Virus record (IMG/VR): IMGVR_UViG_3300031472_000015
Location: 16,574 to 80,573 of that record
Strand: one strand, 5' to 3'
Length of the DNA: 64,000 nucleotides
DNA from: a virus
Below are positions 9,535 to 19,700 of the stretch, in pieces. The position numbers and the translations under genes are program-made. The notes beneath the pieces were generated by a model. That model was not told where the DNA came from. It made no database searches and worked only from the letters and a program-made list of their open reading frames with translations. Position 1 is the stretch's first letter, and the number at the start of each line of letters is the position of its first letter.

Positions 9535-11178
9535 TTGGTGATGACCTTCGACTACCAGGCCGCACGCGACGGCCTGGCCCTGCTGACGCACGGTGATAAC
9601 GCCAGCCTGGATGCCGGCTACCAGGCCAGCGCCGCAGCCAATCCCGCCGCGATCTGGAACCCACGCTATGTGCCGCAAGGCGCGGCAGCAAAGGGCGGCA
9701 CCGACGTTTTCAGCGGCAACTATCAGTTCAACGCTGATCCCGAGTTCGCTTGGTCCAACCACTTCACGCCGTTCGCCACTGACGGCAACGGCGACCTTCG
9801 CATCCGCGCACAGCAGATCTCGACTTTGGGGTTCGCGTCCGGCGAGGTGCCGATTGAGCCGGTGAGCGGCCAGCCATACCCGTATATGTCGGGCCTGCTG
9901 TCCAGCAAGGATCGGTTCTCCCAGCAGGGCGGCTACTGGGAGGTGGTCGCCAAGATGCCGCATGGCACGGCCACTTGGCCTGCATTCTGGCTGATACCGC
10001 TCGCCGAGACGCACCCGCCGGAAATCGACATCAACGAGTATGTCGGCCAGGACGCGGCCACGACCTACCGCACGAACGCCATCTCGGCTGGCCCCACCAT
10101 GCACTCGCAGCCGGTGGCAGGTGCGGTTGACCTCAGCGCCGACTTCTACACCTACGGCGTTTTCTGGACCGACACGACGCTGACCTACTACCTGGACCGG
10201 GTAGCCATGGCCACGGTGGACATCAAGGACGACCCGGAGTTTGGCCAGCCGTTCTACGCGCTCCTCAACCTCCAGATCGGCTCCCGCTTGTCCGGATGGG
10301 TGCCACCGCCTGACGGCAGCACACCGGCCATCCTTGACATGCTGGTCCGGTCTATGAGCGTCTGGCAGCAACCCGGCCCGGTTGGCGTCAACTTCTCAGC
10401 CAGTAGCTTCCTGGATACGACACCGGTTGGCGGCGTAGTATGCACGCTCACAAGCGGCAGCTTCGGCGGCAGCACGGGCCAGACGTTTACCCTGTTGGCT
10501 GGGTCTGATCCGTCCCTGGCTGTGACCGGGAACACGGTCACTGTGGCGCAGGTCGTGTCTGCAAAGACGAGCGCCGCCCGATCTATTCGAGTCCAGGTGA
10601 TGGACAGCGCTGGGCGGACGCAGCAGCGGCTGTTGAAGCTTTCGGTCGTCAGCGGTGCGACGGCCACCAACCTGCTGCCGACTTCGGACCTGACCAGCGA
10701 TGCCTGGAACAAGGAAGGCGTCACCGCGACGGCACCGAACGTTATCATGGAGACGACGGCCAGCGGCGGGCATGACGTGATCGCAGCAGCAGCGGTCGCC
10801 AAACCAGCAGGGGCCACGCGCTTCGCCTTCACCGTTCGCGCGACGCCGAACCTGTCGGATGGCTGGGTGCAGGTCCAGGTGTTCGCCAGCACGGGCGGAG
10901 CAACAGATTTTGGAACGACTGCCACAGCTTGGTTCAATGTGGCGTCGTCGGCAGTCGGTTATAGCGTCACCACCGGCAACTGGTCTGGCGGGGTAGCAGC
11001 GACCGCAACGCCATTGTCCGGCGGCCAAGTGTTGTTAAGCATGACTTGGGCCGCCGGAAACGAAACCGGACTGGTGCCGCTACTTCGTTTAGCCAAAGGT
11101 CAAGATCAAACGTCGTATGCCGGCGCCACAACTGCTGGTATGACGCTAGACAATGTTAATCTTTCTGTGGCGCAGTGA
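9478..11178 (+). CDS. -1 frame extension: Pro/Ala linker, GH16 glycoside hydrolase, cadherin/Ig-like and CBM-like domains
   Basis: GGYWEVVAKMP..WPAFWL...EIDINE canonical GH16 motif; no SD before GTG/ATG at 9538/9541; frame is -1 relative to 6470..9481. Confidence 0.75.
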   Translation, partial: LAGSTGAPAPAAPTPPAPGLVMTFDYQAARDGLALLTHGDNASLDAGYQASAAANPAAIWNPRYVPQGAAAKGGTDVFSGNYQFNADPEFAWSNHFTPFATDGNGDLRIRAQQISTLGFASGEVPIEPVSGQPYPYMSGLLSSKDRFSQQGGYWEVVAKMPHGTATWPAFWLIPLAETHPPEIDINEYVGQDAATTYRTNAISAGPTMHSQPVAGAVDLSADFYTYGVFWTDTTLTYYLDRVAMATVDIKDDPEFGQPFYALLNLQIGSRLSGWVPPPDGSTPAILDMLVRSMSVWQQPGPVGVNFSASSFLDTTPVGGVVCTLTSGSFGGSTGQTFTLLAGSDPSLAVTGNTVTVAQVVSAKTSAARSIRVQVMDSAGRTQQRLLKLSVVSGATATNLLPTSDLTSDAWNKEGVTATAPNVIMETTASGGHDVIAAAAVAKPAGATRFAFTVRATPNLSDGWVQVQVFASTGGATDFGTTATAWFNVASSAVGYSVTTGNWSGGVAATATPLSGGQVLLSMTWAAGNETGLVPLLRLAKGQDQTSYAGATTAGMTLDNVNLSVAQ

Positions 11179-11932
11179 GTGGTAGAGAGACCTCTAACAA
11201 AGTTTTTTGTTCTAATCCAGCGGTCGCACGACGCCAGTTTCTACGGGAACGTACAGCCCGTATTGTCGCACGACATACACCATAGAGTTCCGATAACTGG
11301 CTGTTTGTACTCATAGACAGGTAGATATTACGAGCAATTTCTTCATTCAATACGGTTTGCGGCAGTCTGGTGCCGTACGCGATTGTATCGTTGCTAGCAG
11401 CATCAATCACGTTATCGGTGTGAAGAATGCATATCACGTTGCTTGGCTCATAAGCACCTTTGTCACCCAACCGAGCCATACAAAACTTTCCTTTGGTGCA
11501 TCCTCGCTTTTCAAACCAATCTGCGCCAAGGGCGTTTTCCCACCAAGATACCCACTCTGCAAAAGAGAATAGAAGTGGAATGCCTCGGCTTTTGGCACTA
11601 TAGAATTGATTTTCAAATGCGGTTTTAGCGCGAAGCGTTTCCCGATGCCGGAAACTATAGCAAGAAAAGCAAAGCGTCTTTTCATCTCTAGTTGCCGCCT
11701 GATTACATCCAGGCGTTTGGCACATTGGTTTATACCTACCAAGGTTGTGCCTTAGGTTATATGCGTCAACACGTAGCTCTCCACATAGAGCACAGGTGCC
11801 TCTTGCTGTGTTGCGCTGGCTGCGATGCCCTTTTCCACACAGCCGCCCATCAAAGTATCGGTTCAAGCCTTGCGCAAGCGCGTTCGCGCGCGTGACAATC
11901 GGCCCGGCATAGTCCACGGTCTCGTCAGCCAT
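11156..11932 (-). CDS. Free-standing HNH/His-Me homing endonuclease-like protein
   Basis: RYFDGRLCGKGH zinc motif, CMARLGDKGAYEPSNV...HTDN nuclease core, C-terminal HTH; AT-richer than flanks. Confidence 0.7.
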   Translation of the reverse strand: MADETVDYAGPIVTRANALAQGLNRYFDGRLCGKGHRSQRNTARGTCALCGELRVDAYNLRHNLGRYKPMCQTPGCNQAATRDEKTLCFSCYSFRHRETLRAKTAFENQFYSAKSRGIPLLFSFAEWVSWWENALGADWFEKRGCTKGKFCMARLGDKGAYEPSNVICILHTDNVIDAASNDTIAYGTRLPQTVLNEEIARNIYLSMSTNSQLSELYGVCRATIRAVRSRRNWRRATAGLEQKTLLEVSLPLTAPQKD

Positions 11933-11957
11933 GTCGCGTGTGCCCCTGTATGCGCGT

Positions 11958-12034
11958 TTCGGTCAGGAGCCGCATGGGTCTGATCACCCGGCGGCTCCGC
12001 TCCCATCATAGCACAAACCTCCTACGCCGGCAGC
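11958..12034 (-). promoter_or_regulatory. Promoter and 5'-UTR hairpin of the HNH gene
   Basis: Minus strand TGcTATGAT extended -10, followed by the GAGCCGC...GCGGCTC stem. Confidence 0.5.
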
Positions 12035-12085
12035 ACCGCCGCCGGGATGCAGCTCGACGCCATCAGCCTCTCCGTCGCGCAATAA
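12014..12085 (+). pseudogene. Orphan duplicate of the 3' end of the GH16 extension (QTSYAGSTAAGMQLDAISLSVAQ*)
   Basis: Aligns codon for codon with 11107-11178 (QTSYAGATTAGMTLDNVNLSVAQ*). Confidence 0.8.
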
Positions 12086-12107
12086 AGATCGCTCAAGGAA
12101 CGTCCAT

Positions 12108-15100
12108 ATGAGCTTTACGCCACTCCTGACTGCTGCCGCCATTGATGTGAAGGTCGCAGCCTTGCGCGCCGAACTGGTTGCGGCTGGGGTCCTGTCGGCA
12201 ACCAGCGCCCCGGTGGTCCCTGCATCCCCTCTGGCTCCCACGCCCACGCCTACCCCGGTGGTCCTGCCAGCCATCACGGCTAGCCCCATCGCGCCGACCA
12301 GCGTCATCGGGTTCACGCTCGGCACCGGCAACGCGGCCATAGCGCTGCTGTCCGCCGTGCCGTCTGGCGCGACCCGCAGCCTGTCGCCGAACGACGGGCG
12401 CGTGGTCCTGGACAGCAGCGGCACGCACCTGATCGTGGGCATGACCGCAGCTACGGCCGGGACGATCAGCTACACCATCACCGACACTCTATCCGGCAGC
12501 GCCAGCGTAAGCCTCGTGGTGCCCGTCGTGGTCAGCGCCGCGCAGCTTGCCCAGGCCACTGCACCGACCGGCCCGGCGCCCGCCATCACCATCCCCGGTG
12601 CGGGCCAGCTCCCCAACCAGCGCGTTGGCCTCTTGCAGCCCGCTCTATTTGTCAGCCCGACCGGATCGGACAGCAACCCCGGCACGCAGTCGGCCCCGCT
12701 CAAGACTGCGGCGGCAGCACAGACGGCCATGCGCGCCCAGGGCGTCAAGACCGTCTATTTCCGCGATGGTGTCTATCCGCTGACCGCAACGCTGCAAATC
12801 AGCGAGAGCGACAGCGGCACCAACTGGCTGGGCTTCCCCGGCGAAAAGCCGATCTTCGACGGCGGCGGCACGACCGTTGGCGGTTTTCTGCTGCAATACT
12901 ACACGACTGGCGCGAAGGTGGACCACCTCACGTTCCGCAACTTCTCCACGAATGGCATTTGGATACACGGTGGCAATGGGGCTGGCGCAGTCGGGAACAC
13001 CATCTCCAATAACGAAGTCTATAATATCAGCATTCCGAACATCGCGGGTGGTGCCGGAAATAGTGGCGGCATTCTGCTGACATACAACACCCAGGGCAAC
13101 GTCGTTACGCACAACTTCGTCCATGATACTCAAACCGCCGGGATTAGCATGGCGGCAGGCAGTACGGGCGAAAGCATCAAGGGTAATGCGATCACCTTCA
13201 ATAAGGTGTGGCGTACGAATTCATCTGGGCAGTTGGACAGCGGAGGCGTATACGCCCTCGACCGCACTGCGGCGCAATCAGGCTGCATCATCGCCTACAA
13301 TGACGTGCGGGACACGTCGAAAAACGCTAGTGGCGGTGGCCCTGGCAACGGATGCGACAATACGAAGGGAATTTATGCCGACGATATGGCGAGCGGCTTC
13401 ACCATCGCCTACAACATAATTTCCGGCAATGAGGCCATGGCGATCCAATACCATGGCGGGACGAACAACAAGGTTTACGGCAACATTCTCGACGTGTCGC
13501 AGACTATGCTTGGCATCCTGTACCAGGATGATACCGAGTTCGGTGGCACCACGATGAGCGGCAACACCTTCACCGGAAACATCGTCTATACGAGCACGGC
13601 CTACAATGGCAACGTCGGCCAAGCTGGGCAGCCGGGGCTTTGGACCGTGGGGTTCGTCAGCACGCTCATCAAGCCGAGCGTCAGTGGCAACATCTATTGG
13701 AATACCACAAACACGACCACGCCATTCCCGAACAGTGGTGCTGTGGACGTGATCGACCTCAGCCCGCATGTGGTCAACCCAAATTTCGCCAACCCGGCAC
13801 TTTACGACTACAGCTTCACGGACGGTGGGGCTGCGATGGCTGCTTTTGGGTTTGCGCCCATCGACCAGACCATCATCGGTCCGAACGTCCAGTCTATCGG
13901 CGCGGCGCAGGCAAGCCTGTCCGGCATCCCGAGCGCATCTACTGTCGGCGCGGACATCTCCGGGTCTGTGGTACTCACCTACATTCAGACGGCGTATGCC
14001 GCTCTATACGTAGGCGGCGCGGACGAGGGCGCGTGTGTGGCGTTCCAGGGCGGCACGCTGCCCAAGTTGCAGGCGCAGACCTCCTCACCACAGTACGAAT
14101 ACCACGTCTATGACGCCATGGTCGGCGGCAACCTGTTGGCCAAGTTCGGTCCCATCAGCGTCGGCGGCCCCGTGGCGACCGCTACCCTGTCCAACGTCAC
14201 CACCACCGTCTCGGTCGGCGGCACCGTCTCGGGCACCGTGGCGCTGCGCTACACCAGCACCGCCTACGCCGTCCTGGCCTCTGGCGGCGCTGACATCGGC
14301 AGCCGCGTGGCCGTGTCCAACGGCGCGCAGCTCGCGCTGACCGCGCCCTCCATCGCCGTCGATACGGTGCGCGTGTGGGATGCGGCGACCGGGGGCACGC
14401 TGCTGGTGGAGTCCGGCGCGATCAACGTCCATGCGGTCGGGGCGGTGCCCTCTCCAGCGTTCTTCATCGCGCCCACTGGCTCGGATGCAAACCCGGGCAC
14501 GCAGGCGGCACCCTTCCTCACCTTCGAGGCGGCGCTTGCGGCCATGCAGGGTAGCACCACCAAGCTGACCCTGGCGCGCGGCGGTCTTTACCCGCGCACG
14601 GCGTCGATCAAGTTCAACGACAGCAGCAACACGGCCATCGGCGGGCCTGGCCCCAAGACGCACGACAACGGGGTGACGTTCATGCGCTTCCCCGGCGAGG
14701 TGCCGGTGGTGGACGGCGGCGGGAGTGTAACTGATCTCTGGTTTTTGGACTATCACACCCAAAGAGTTACAATCCAGGGTTTTGAGATACGAAACTGTCT
14801 TAATTCAGGCGTGCATCTAAATGGTTACAGGACCGCAACGGATGAGGGCACGATCCTTGGATGCGTGGTCCAGGACAACTACATCCACGACATTGCCAAC
14901 GGCGTGTCCAACGTCGGCGCAGGCAATACAGGCGGTGTGCGCGGTTCCTTTGCCACCCGCAACAACATCGTGCGGAACAACCGTATTGAAAACACGTTCG
15001 GCCCAGCCGTGTCCTTCGTGGCCGGGGGGACGAATGAGACGATTGCCGGGAACCAGATGCTAAACAATATCTGCCGGAACAACAACCAATCCGGGCAGCC

Positions 15101-15716
15101 GGATACTGGCGCTCTCTACATTCTCGATCGTGGTCATAATGCCATATCTACTGATCAGGTTATCATCAGCAATAACTACGTTGAAAATCCTGGCGGAGGT
15201 GCCGCAACGAAAGGAATATACCTGGATGATCATTCTTCTTACGTAACGGTATCTAATAACATTGTTCGTGGCGTTATGAAAAACTCTATGCAACTTCATG
15301 GCGGCGACCACGTGACATTCAGCGGAAATATATTCGACATCTCGGGCACAGCGGAACAGCCTTTCTACGCACAAGAGGCAGTTTTGTCAGCAGGTCCAAC
15401 AAACTTTGGCATGGGGAGCGATGCATTTACGGGCAACATCATCTACTGCGCCACTTCTTGGCACGGCGGCGACCTTTGGCTCTTTGAGACTGACGGGCAA
15501 GTCATCGCCCTGCCTGCTGTGAGCAACAACCTGTATTTCTGCACAGCAGGGCCTTTGCCCAATACCGGTGCCGTGGTGGATGCCTCGCCCAAGTCCGTTA
15601 ATCCAAATTTCACCAATGCCAGTATTGGAGACTACAGCTTTACCGATGGCGGGGCTGCTGTCGCCGCCGCCATTGGATTCAGTCCCATAAACCAAAACGC
15701 TCTAGGACCGCAATAG
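12108..15716 (+). CDS. 1202-aa protein with two tandem right-handed parallel beta-helix (pectin-lyase-like) modules
   Basis: FVSPTGSDSNPGT..P and FIAPTGSDANPGT..P module starts, GIYxDD motifs, both modules end VNPNFxN...DYSFTDGGAA; PT linker at the N-terminus. Confidence 0.75.
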   Translation: MSFTPLLTAAAIDVKVAALRAELVAAGVLSATSAPVVPASPLAPTPTPTPVVLPAITASPIAPTSVIGFTLGTGNAAIALLSAVPSGATRSLSPNDGRVVLDSSGTHLIVGMTAATAGTISYTITDTLSGSASVSLVVPVVVSAAQLAQATAPTGPAPAITIPGAGQLPNQRVGLLQPALFVSPTGSDSNPGTQSAPLKTAAAAQTAMRAQGVKTVYFRDGVYPLTATLQISESDSGTNWLGFPGEKPIFDGGGTTVGGFLLQYYTTGAKVDHLTFRNFSTNGIWIHGGNGAGAVGNTISNNEVYNISIPNIAGGAGNSGGILLTYNTQGNVVTHNFVHDTQTAGISMAAGSTGESIKGNAITFNKVWRTNSSGQLDSGGVYALDRTAAQSGCIIAYNDVRDTSKNASGGGPGNGCDNTKGIYADDMASGFTIAYNIISGNEAMAIQYHGGTNNKVYGNILDVSQTMLGILYQDDTEFGGTTMSGNTFTGNIVYTSTAYNGNVGQAGQPGLWTVGFVSTLIKPSVSGNIYWNTTNTTTPFPNSGAVDVIDLSPHVVNPNFANPALYDYSFTDGGAAMAAFGFAPIDQTIIGPNVQSIGAAQASLSGIPSASTVGADISGSVVLTYIQTAYAALYVGGADEGACVAFQGGTLPKLQAQTSSPQYEYHVYDAMVGGNLLAKFGPISVGGPVATATLSNVTTTVSVGGTVSGTVALRYTSTAYAVLASGGADIGSRVAVSNGAQLALTAPSIAVDTVRVWDAATGGTLLVESGAINVHAVGAVPSPAFFIAPTGSDANPGTQAAPFLTFEAALAAMQGSTTKLTLARGGLYPRTASIKFNDSSNTAIGGPGPKTHDNGVTFMRFPGEVPVVDGGGSVTDLWFLDYHTQRVTIQGFEIRNCLNSGVHLNGYRTATDEGTILGCVVQDNYIHDIANGVSNVGAGNTGGVRGSFATRNNIVRNNRIENTFGPAVSFVAGGTNETIAGNQMLNNICRNNNQSGQPDTGALYILDRGHNAISTDQVIISNNYVENPGGGAATKGIYLDDHSSYVTVSNNIVRGVMKNSMQLHGGDHVTFSGNIFDISGTAEQPFYAQEAVLSAGPTNFGMGSDAFTGNIIYCATSWHGGDLWLFETDGQVIALPAVSNNLYFCTAGPLPNTGAVVDASPKSVNPNFTNASIGDYSFTDGGAAVAAAIGFSPINQNALGPQ

Positions 15717-16599
15717 TATTCAACCGCGCGCGCTCGGCTCTTTCGCGTGCGCCGCGCTTCCTCTGTGCCTCGCTCATCTTTGCTTTCGTTTCAAGACTAG
15801 CCTTGGTTCCTGCTCGTGACCTACCAACCGCAATGATAGCGGCTCGGTGTTCAGCAGAGTTTGGGTTTGTCTGCCATCTCAGCAAAGCGGAAGCGCTCAT
15901 CTGAGCGCGCGTCTCTGGCGTGTTCTTTCGACCGGTATTCTTAAGAGCGGTTTCCGCGACATGACGCGGGTCTAGGAACCCAGCGGGAATCTTGCCGGTC
16001 ATGTTGGCGCGTTGCTTCTCAATATGCTCTGGACTGAGTTTCCGGCCCTTTAACCCAGCGCTGATGGCAGCGCGCCATTCCGGCGTTATTATCCTGCCGC
16101 GGTTCGCCACGCTAAGCTTAAGACGCGCTTCTGCACTCATCACCCGCCCCTTAGACCGCAGACCTACCCTAGCGCGAGCTTCTGGAGTGGACTGGACAAC
16201 CTTCTGAACAGCCCGCATCTTAGCGAGTGTCTCAGCCGAGTGCTTATGGCCGCGATTGCTGGCGGCTACGGTGCGGGTGTTGTAGCCAAACTTGGGATCA
16301 GTTGCCTGCGTCCTATCAAGCCAAACCTGTTCATGGGCTAAGAGGTCGTCAATGCCCTCAACGATTTCTAGCACTTCAAACGCGAAGGCATCTTCACCGT
16401 GCTTGGAGAATGCATGTTGCAGGTAGCGGGCGATGTGTGTCCCTTGCCGTAGGTGATGGATATGAATGTTCCAGCGCAGGTTAATACTTTGGGCGCTGCC
16501 AACGTAAAGTTGGCCGCTCGCTAGGTGCCGGATTCCATAGATGCCAGCGCACTTGGGCTTGACCTTGGTGCGCGTTCCGTCCAACTGAATTACAACCAT
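15679..16599 (-). CDS. GIY-YIG homing endonuclease with NUMOD3 repeats
   Basis: GIYGIRHLASGQLYVGSA..R..H, LAHEQVWLD, GYN; repeated HSAETLAKM / TPETRAQMS / SLETKAKMS. Confidence 0.85.
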   Translation of the reverse strand: MVVIQLDGTRTKVKPKCAGIYGIRHLASGQLYVGSAQSINLRWNIHIHHLRQGTHIARYLQHAFSKHGEDAFAFEVLEIVEGIDDLLAHEQVWLDRTQATDPKFGYNTRTVAASNRGHKHSAETLAKMRAVQKVVQSTPEARARVGLRSKGRVMSAEARLKLSVANRGRIITPEWRAAISAGLKGRKLSPEHIEKQRANMTGKIPAGFLDPRHVAETALKNTGRKNTPETRAQMSASALLRWQTNPNSAEHRAAIIAVGRSRAGTKASLETKAKMSEAQRKRGARERAERARLNTIAVLERFGLWD

Positions 16600-16626
16600 C
16601 TGATGCAACTCGCTCTTGCTAGGGTG

Positions 16627-16697
16627 GCCAGGGGCGCGAGGGCTGTTTCAGCAACCCTCGCGTTCCCGCATTTTAGCAGACCCTCCAAAACCTGCAA
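16627..16697 (-). promoter_or_regulatory. Promoter and 5'-UTR hairpin of the GIY-YIG gene
   Basis: Minus strand TTGCAG-N16-TAAAAT with TG extension, then CGCGAGGG...CCCTCGCG stem. Confidence 0.5.
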
Positions 16698-16729
16698 GAA
16701 CTCACGTAGATCACCAAAGGACGGCCCAC

Positions 16730-19700
16730 ATGAGCCACCTGCCCGGCTTCTTCACCTCGCCTGCCCAGATGCAGAGCGCCATCACCACAGCCGTCTCCGG
16801 CGTGCCGCTGGGCGAGCTGCCGACACAGGTGCACCAGGACATCGCCGCCGCGGTCCTGGCGCTTCCGGCAGGCTCTACGCCCGCGCAGGTGCAGACCGCG
16901 ATCACCACGGCGCTCGCTGGGCAGCCGGTGGGGGAGTTGCCCGCGCAGGTTCATGCGGACATCGCGGCGGCGGTTGCGGCTCTGCCGGTTGGCGCGACCC
17001 CGGCGCAGGTGACGGCGGCGATCACCAGCGCGACGGCTGGGCTGGCGACGGTGGCGCAGGTGGCGGCACAGTTCAGCGGCGCACCGCTGGCAGCGCTGGC
17101 GGACACGACGCAGCTCGCAGTGTCGTCCGGCAGCGCCATCGTCGGCACGATCCCAGTCAGCGCGTTCCGATCCTACCTCATGGCAACCTCTGCTCCAGTG
17201 CCGTTGCCTATACTGGCGCTGGTCATGCCAACCGCCGTCCAGTCAGGTACCGGCTACATGATCAACGGCACCTACGCCAACGACGGCACCTCGCCGATCC
17301 TGAGCGTCATCGTGGATGGCGGCAGTCCCCAAACCCTTCCGGCCGGCAGCACCGTCAGCGGCGGCAGCATCGTGCTGGCGATGGGCGGCATGAGCAACGG
17401 CACGCACCGCGTGCAGGTGCAGGACGGCAACGGCAACCTGAGCAACGTGGTTCAGTTCGCGGTTACGCCGGCTGAAACGCTGACCCTGGACCCGATCACG
17501 ACGCCGCCCGCGCCGGGCGCGGCGTTCTCGCTGACAGGTGGGTATGCCAACGGCACGCCAGGCGGGCTGGACTACGCCATCACGCTCACGGGCGACACCG
17601 TCACCTGGACCTCCGCCGTGTCGCCGACGCTTGCCAGCGGGCGCTACAGCATCGCGGTGCCGGCGCTCCCGGCTGCGGGCAGATACACCGTGCAGGTGCG
17701 TGACCACTCGGCGCAAAGCATCGTGGCTAGCACGGCGCTGACAGTAGCCGCGGCGGCTGGAACCATGCCGACCGTGCCGCTGCCGGTCAATGCGGCAGCC
17801 GGCGCACCGGCGCCCGCGAACCTGCCGCCGCTGCTGGCTTTCACCGGACCTGCAGGTCCGCCGACCGGCGCGCTGGCGCTGACCCATCTCGGCGGCGCTG
17901 CAATCGACACCATGGTTCAAAACGGTTCTGGCGCGCTGGTTCTGCCGGGCGTGGCGTATGCCTATGCGGCGCTTGAGGGCCTCGGCGCGCTTGCAAACGG
18001 GGCGTTTGAGATCGTTGCGGCCAATGGCCCCCAAGCGCTGAACTTCGGGGTGTTTGTCCGGGTGCCTCCCGACTTCTCCAAGTCCCCCGTGCTGCTCTTC
18101 AAGGGCGGCAACGGCGTGCAGTTGTATGGGTTTGACCCATCCAATCCATCGTTCAGCGCGCCAGCCACATTCAGCGACCTGCTTGTCTCAGTAACAGGGC
18201 AGACGGTGGTCGTGACCGTGGATGGCGCTCAAGTGCTGTCTTTCACCGGCACCCAGCTTCCGGCCTCCGGCTTTGTCGGCCTTGGATCGTCTACCACGCC
18301 GATGCCGCAGGCGCAGGTCGCCTCCGTGCGCGTGTTGACGGCAGCGCAAATCGCAGCGGCACTAGCGCAGTCCGCTGCGACCGCCGCTGCCGCTGCCACC
18401 GCGGAAGCCTTGATCGGCAACCCGGTCACGAACCCCAATGCGGACGGCTTTGCTCCCGGCATCTACGGACCGGACACCGTAGTTGTCGCCGCCGGCAGCT
18501 ACGGCACCCGCACCTATGGCAACTGGTTCGCGCGACTGCCGACCGGCGGCGCGCAGCAATGGTCGTTGAGCGGTCCTGCCGCCTCGACCGGCATGTATCT
18601 GGGCGGCACGAGCGGCACCAGCTTGACGGAATACGGCATCGGAGCGGCAAACGGCACCTATCCTGGGGTGCTGACAGTCACCGATGGGCAGAGCACGTTC
18701 ACCAAGAACATTTCGGTCGTCGTCCAGGCCACCGCCGTCATCCCAGGCGGATGCTTTATCTTGGACAGCGCGGCGGTCAACCCCTATGGCAACGGCAGCG
18801 GCGATCTTGCGGCGCAGCTCATCCTTGAGCCGCCCATTGATCAGTTTGCAGGGGGCGCCGCCACCTTCACCGATCCGAACGGGATGCTAGGCTGGGATCG
18901 ACAGGGTTTGAACCAGCTTTGGGTCACGTCTGCCGGACGCCCCCTCTCGGCGCACTACGGCAAGCACACGGGAGCGACGTTCACCTCGCCGGCAGGGACG
19001 CAGGCATTTACCTACTACTTCGCGCAAGAGCAGCCTGCCGGGCTGACGTTCCAGCCGGTGCCCGCTTACACCTATGCCCAGCCTGGCAATGTGTTCGGCC
19101 GCCTGCTGGCCTCATCGGATGCGGGTATCGCGAGCTACAGCGTCATCTCGACAGACACGCCGCTGTCCATCGGCAGCGACGGAACCATGCGCTATCTGGT
19201 CCAGCCCGCGGCAGGAGCCGGCAACGCGGTGCATGTGCGCGTCACCAGCCAGAGCGGCCACACGACGGACATCACCGTCAGCAACCCCGTCCAGGCCAGC
19301 ACGACGCTGCCGGCCAGCAGCATGACGCTGACCTTGTCGGCCGCGCTGGACAACAGCATGGGCACCCTCGTGGCACCCGGCCCGGTGCCGGTCGGCACGG
19401 CGTCCGTCAGCGGCATGGGCAACCCCGTGTGGCGCGTGCAGGCGGTCGGCGAGTTCCCGCTCAACACGGGCAGCGGCATCCAGGGCACGTTCAACATCGC
19501 GCCGCGCGCCGGCAACCCAGCCCTGGCCGACATCACGGCCAACTTCTTGTCGGGCCAGACCTATCAGGTCCAGGTGACGGCGACCCAGGGGGCCACGCAA
19601 TGCCAGGCGACGACGGCGCTGACGGTCGCCGACCTGAACGGCACGGGTCCGGTCATCCAGATCGTGCCCGGCAGCGCCGTCACGGCGACGCAGGCCCCGA

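Noticed and set aside
11156-16608. Group I intron interpretation of the two endonuclease insertions
   Set aside because: Both are antisense, lie after in-frame stops and have their own promoters; no P/Q/R/S core was recognised
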